Assembly: GCF_006345805.1 (NCBI RefSeq)
Contig: NC_043021.1
Span: 7,316,001 to 7,380,000, forward strand
DNA from: Octopus sinensis
Taxonomy: Eukaryota
DNA length: 64,000 nucleotides
Reading direction: 5' to 3'
Positions 59,555-64,000 of this stretch are shown here, in pieces. The stretch's first letter is position 1. Every line of letters begins with the position of its first letter. The notes below the pieces were generated by a model. The model worked only from the letters and a program-made list of their open reading frames with translations, was not told the origin of the DNA and searched no databases. A program made the translations under genes and the position numbers.

Positions 59555-59748
59555 TTTCTTTATTGCCCACAAGGGGCTAAATATAGAGGGGACAAACAAG
59601 GACAGACAAAGAGATTAAGTCGGTTATATCGACCCCAGTGCGTAACCGGTACTTAATTTATCGACCCCGAAAGGATGAAAGGCAAAGTCGGCCACGGCGG
59701 AATTTGAACTCAGAACGTAACAGCAGACGTTTCTGCCAGCTCGCCGCC
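59555..59748 (-). mobile_element. SINE family B monomer with ~19 bp TSD
   Basis: TTTCTACCACAAACAACAA (59536-54) / TTTCTACTACAAACAACAA (59749-67). Confidence 0.9.
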
Positions 59749-59802
59749 TTTCTACTACAAACAACAACACATTAATGTATCAATGAATAAATGAAATTAT
59801 CA

Positions 59803-59859
<57 letters not shown>

Positions 59860-60240
59860 GTCAAAATGATAAGCGCGATTCGATTGTAAGATATTTTATT
59901 AGTTGAACGATATTTCAACAGTACGTCTGTCTTTGTCAAGTTCAAAATAAGAAGTGATAAAAATTCAAAATTACAGAAATTTAAACGTAAAGTATAAACG
60001 AGAGCAACCAGCGTCCACACGTTGATGGAATGACATCACCATTTTTTTTTAGTTACAATTTTATTAGCACGAAAACGATTAAGTTTTTTCACTGATAGAA
60101 ATGTCGATTTCTCAATTTCTGATTCATATTTGAATGGTACGAAATCCATGGGCCCAGGATTGGGTTCAACACTGGGGTCTAGCGAAACTAACAGGGCTGA
60201 CAAGGCAACTGTGAGAAGGAATAAAACGCTCTCTCTCTCT

Positions 60241-60695
60241 CTATCCGCTCAGTCGAAGTCGACTCTCGGTTACTCGTTGGATCAGTGTCCTCCAGTCAGT
60301 TCTATCCTGGGCCACTTCCTTCAGACTGGCCATATCCATTCCGGTATCACTCCTGATGGTGTCAAGCCAGCGGATTCTTGGTCGGCCTCTTCCTCTCTTG
60401 CCACTGACCATTCCGAGCATGATGTCCTTCTCCAGGGATTCTCTCCGCATAATATGACCGAAATATGCCAACCTACGCTTGGTGATCCCAGCTTCTAGCG
60501 ACATTTTCGGCCTTATCTGCTTAAGAACTTCTCCATTGGTGAGCGTCGCTGTCCATGGAATCCGTAAAAGTCTTCTCCAACACCAAAGCTCGAATGCATT
60601 AATTCTCTTCTGGTCAGCTTTCTTTAGTGTCCAGGTCTCGCATCCATATGTTGCTATTGGGAAGACAATTGCATTCACCAATTTTCCTTTACGAT
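60241..60695 (-). mobile_element. 5'-truncated BovB-like RTE LINE with uninterrupted C-terminal reading frame
   Basis: VNAIVFPIATYGCETWTLKKADQKRINAFELWCWRRLLRIPWTA..YFGHIMRRESLEKDIMLG..GKRGRGRPRIRWLD..DRTDWR..SRLRLSG* closely parallels the BovB C-terminus; (GA)n tail. Confidence 0.9.
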
Positions 60696-60699
60696 TTTC

Positions 60700-61180
60700 C
60701 TTGGACCCTCCTGGTAATCCTTGCTGTCTTTAAGAGACAAACTTTCTGTAGGAGCTCAACCGGGCATTCTATTCCAATCTCCTTCAGCCATTTGTCTATA
60801 TCTCTGTTTACTCTTCCCTATGCATCAATTATTATAGACACGGCCTTTACTGTTCTCATGCTCCATTTTCTTCCTATTTCAAATTTTAAGGGATTGCATT
60901 GTTTTGTTTTGTTTCTCTTCCTCTTTCTTTACGATCCTGGAATCAAACGGCCATGATGGGTCGATTAGTAAGCAACTTCGTTTTTCCTTATCTAAAATTG
61001 TTATGCCCGGTCTATGGCTTTCTAACTTCTTAATCCGTTTGAATAGGAAAGTCCCACAAAATCTTACATTTTTCTGACTCCAGTACTCTTTCGACTCAAT
61101 GATTCCACCTTGTATTTCCAGCTTCAAATTCCTATTTCTGGCACAGTTTCCATTGTAAAACTTTAACAACCTGATCGTGC
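60700..61180 (-). mobile_element. R4/Dong-like REL endonuclease remnant
   Basis: ESEKCKILWDFPIQTD/KKLESHRPGITILDKEKRSCLLIDPSWPFDSRIVKKEEEK..PLKFEIGRKWSM..LLQKVCLLKTARITRRV. Confidence 0.8.
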
Positions 61181-61262
61181 CTCAACTTGAGAAAAAAAAT
61201 GTATTATTTCTGTGCCAACTTCGGGCATTCTGTCACAATGAATGCCACTGTCTCGTTCCAAG

Positions 61263-61457
61263 TTGAGCTGGCAGAAACATTAGCGCGCCGGGCAAAATGC
61301 TTAGCGATATTTCGTCTGTCTTTACGTTCTGAGTTCAAATTCCGCCGAGGTCGACTTTGCCTTTCATCCTTTCGGGGTCGATGTAATCGACTTAATCCCC
61401 TTGTCTGTCCTTGTTTGTTCCCTCTATGTTTAGCCCCTTGTGGGCAATAAAGAAATA
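61263..61457 (+). mobile_element. SINE family B monomer
   Basis: GAGCTGGCAGAAACATTAGC..GGGCAATAAAGAAATA. Confidence 0.88.
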
Positions 61458-61574
61458 TGTATTTTTCTGACACATTCTCTCCATATATATTTTTTCTCAA
61501 GTTGTTTGTTTTTATCGCTTGATCTTGGATTGCTACAATTAGGCTTTCTGTTTCTTTTTAATTGTCTTTAGCCG

Positions 61575-61955
61575 TGGGAGTAGCTTGCTTACGAACCACA
61601 TGGTTCCGGGTTCAGTCCTCCACTGCGTGGCACCTTGGGCAAGTGTCTTCTACTGTAGCCTCGGGCCGACCAAAGCCTTGTGAGTGAATTTGGTAGACGG
61701 AAACTGAAAGAAGCCCGTCGTATATATGTATATATATATGTGTGTGTGTGTTTGTGTGTCTGTGTTTGTTCCCCCCCCCCACAAAAAAAACATCGCTTGA
61801 CAACCGATGCTGGTGTGTTTACGTCCCCGTAACTTAGCGGTTCGGCAGAGAGAGACCGATAGAATAAGTACTAGGCTTACAAAGAATAAGTCCTGGGGTC
61901 GATTTGTTCGACTAAACGCAGTGCTCCAGCATGGCCACAGTAAAAGAATAAAAGA
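61575..61955 (+). mobile_element. SINE family A copy
   Basis: GTGGGAGTAGCTTGCTTACGAACC..CCAGCATGGCCACAGTAAAAGA. Confidence 0.85.
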
Positions 61956-61964
61956 GTATTATTA

Positions 61965-62027
<63 letters not shown>

Positions 62028-62030
<3 letters not shown>

Positions 62031-62365
62031 GACGGTGAGCTGGCAAAGTTTTTAATACGCCGAGCGAAATGCTTAGCGGCATTTCGGTCGTCTTTGCGTT
62101 CAGAGTTCAAATTTCGCCGGGGTCGACTTTGCCTTTCATTCTTTCAGCATCGATAAACTAAGTACCAGCATCGATAAACTAAGTACCAGTTACACACTGG
62201 GGTCGATGTCATCGACTTAATCCCTCCCCCAAAATTTCAGGCCTTGTGCCTAGAGTTGAAAGGATTATTATTCTTATTAATAAGGCGGCGAGGTGGCAGA
62301 ATCGTTAACACGACAAAATGCTTAGCGGCTTTTAGTCTGTCTTTACGTTCTGAGTTCAAATTGTC
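62028..62365 (+). mobile_element. SINE family B (tail 2) plus truncated second copy
   Basis: AAGACGGTGAGCTGGCAAAG..GGCCTTGTGCCTAGAGTTGAAAGG(ATT)n, then AAGGCGGCGAGGTGGCAG. Confidence 0.82.
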
Positions 62366-62384
62366 AAGAAATGTAAAGAAGTGA

Positions 62385-62681
62385 AAAGAAGGAGGTTAAG
62401 AAGAAAAAAGAAACAAACAAATAAACAAAAAAGAAAAATAAAGAAGGAAAGAAAGAAAGAAAAGAGGAGAGAAAGGAGGAAAGAAAAAAATAAAGGAACA
62501 AGAAAAGAAAGAAAGAAGGAAGGAAAGAAAATAAGAAAGAAAGAAAGGATGGTGGGAGGGAGAAAGAAAAAACGAAAGCAATAAGAAAAAAGGAAAGAAA
62601 AAGAAAGAAAAAAGGAAGAAAGAAGGAGAGAAAGAAAGGAAGGAAGAAAGGAAAGAAAGAAAGGAAGAAAGAAAGAGTGAT

Positions 62682-62745
<64 letters not shown>

Positions 62746-62800
62746 ATAATAAAGAAAGTTAGATAGAAAGGAAGAAAGGAAGAAAGAATGGAAGAATGAA
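62385..62800. repeat. (GAAA)/(GGAA)/(GA) purine tract
   Basis: Direct reading. Confidence 0.9.
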
Positions 62801-63636
62801 TGAACGAAAACGAAGAGTGGTGAATGCGCGGCAAAGATCCAGGAGACTGAACTGGGATTTTCGCGTCCAGATGCGTGCCATTTTGGATGCATTCTGTGGT
62901 CGACAACAGAGATTAGTTAATTTGTCAAAGAACTTAGAGTGATTGAGTGGAAGGAAGAGGATGGAGTGGGGAATGGTGTGTGTGTGTGGCAATAGCGGGA
63001 GCTGGGGTTGTGGAATGGTGTACGAGTGAGGGAGGAGGAGGAGGCGGTGGCTTTCACCATTTTAGGTAATTATTTGTGGAAGTCAGTTGGATTGATGCGA
63101 AACGAAATTGCCCCATGGGCCAGCTAGCAGAATAGCTAAGTTGCTTAATTTGTAACGGTTAGCGGGTGGGGTGGGTAGTGAATGCAATAATCATTTGTAA
63201 TTTAGGACAAAGGCAACAATTTATATTCATTTTTTTTTAACTGGGGAAAATAGCTAATCGATTAAATCGAACCCTGTACTTCACTAGTGAATTATTTTAT
63301 CTGCTAATTTGACCCTGGTGGAGTTTGAACACAGAACGTAAAGAGGTGGAACAAACAGCTCAAAGCATTTCTTGTGGCTCTACTGATTCTCCCCCTTTGC
63401 CGCCTTGCATAGGGGTGTAATAACAGTTTCAAGTTTTGACACAAGACCAGTAACCTAAGAGGGGCCGGTAAATCGACCCCAACGTTTCAGTGACCTTAAA
63501 ATCCTGCTAATAAAAGTATTAAGACAACCAACAGCAGTTGAATGGAATTAAAGACGTTATTCACAAGAAAATCCAAAGACACAGTAATCGGTGATATCCA
63601 ATGATAATTGCTAACAATTGCAAACCAAATTTTTTG

Positions 63637-64000
63637 TTAGGAGTGGCTGTGTGGTAAGTAGCTTGCTTACCAACCCACATGGTTCCGGGTTCAGTCCCAC
63701 TGCGTGGCACCTTGGGCAAGTGTCTTCTACTATAGCTTCGGGCTGACCAAAGCCTTGTGAGTGGATTTGGTAAACGGAAACTGAAAGAAGCCCGTCGTAA
63801 ATATGTATGTATATATGTGTGTGTGTATATGTGTTTGTGTGTCTGTCTGTCCCCCTAGCATCGCTTGACAACCGATGCTGGTGTGTTTACGTCCCTGTAA
63901 CTTAGCGGTTCGGCAAAAGAGACCGATAGAATAAGTACTAGGCTTAGAAACTATAAGTCCTAGGATCGATTTGCTCGACTAAAGGCGGTGCTCCAGCATG
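63637..64000 (+). mobile_element. SINE family A copy (runs off the window end)
   Basis: TAGGAGTGGCTGTGTGGTAAGTAGC..GGCGGTGCTCCAGCATG. Confidence 0.9.

Overview
A 64 kb AT-rich, repeat-saturated animal genomic window with one 100-N scaffold gap (45633-45732). The SINE, microsatellite and transposon make-up suggests an octopus (inference, not checked by search). I found no recognisable host protein-coding gene, rRNA or intact tRNA, and most of the ORF track is microsatellite artefact. Contents: (i) about 50 full or partial copies of four tRNA-headed SINE families, labelled A-D here for convenience; (ii) decayed non-LTR retrotransposons (RTE including a BovB-like fragment with an open frame, two R4/Dong-like restriction-like-endonuclease (REL) fragments, CRE-like and possibly HERO-like pieces, a zinc-knuckle ORF1); (iii) Penelope-like element (PLE) remnants (RT and GIY-YIG) plus a dispersed family of T-rich pLTR-like modules carrying minimal, palindromic-stem-III hammerhead motifs, some as inverted pairs or foldback palindromes; (iv) DNA transposon remnants (two hAT/Charlie, mariner, a piggyBac-type MITE, a Helitron, foldback MITEs). 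The strongest leads are the PLE hammerhead/foldback system and SINE-B. SINE-B forms head-to-tail multimers with a fixed self-complementary junction, switches tails, and has one copy with twin-priming geometry implying a multimeric RNA template. Motifs, alignments and folds were read by eye, and repeat boundaries are approximate unless TSDs or TIRs are given.
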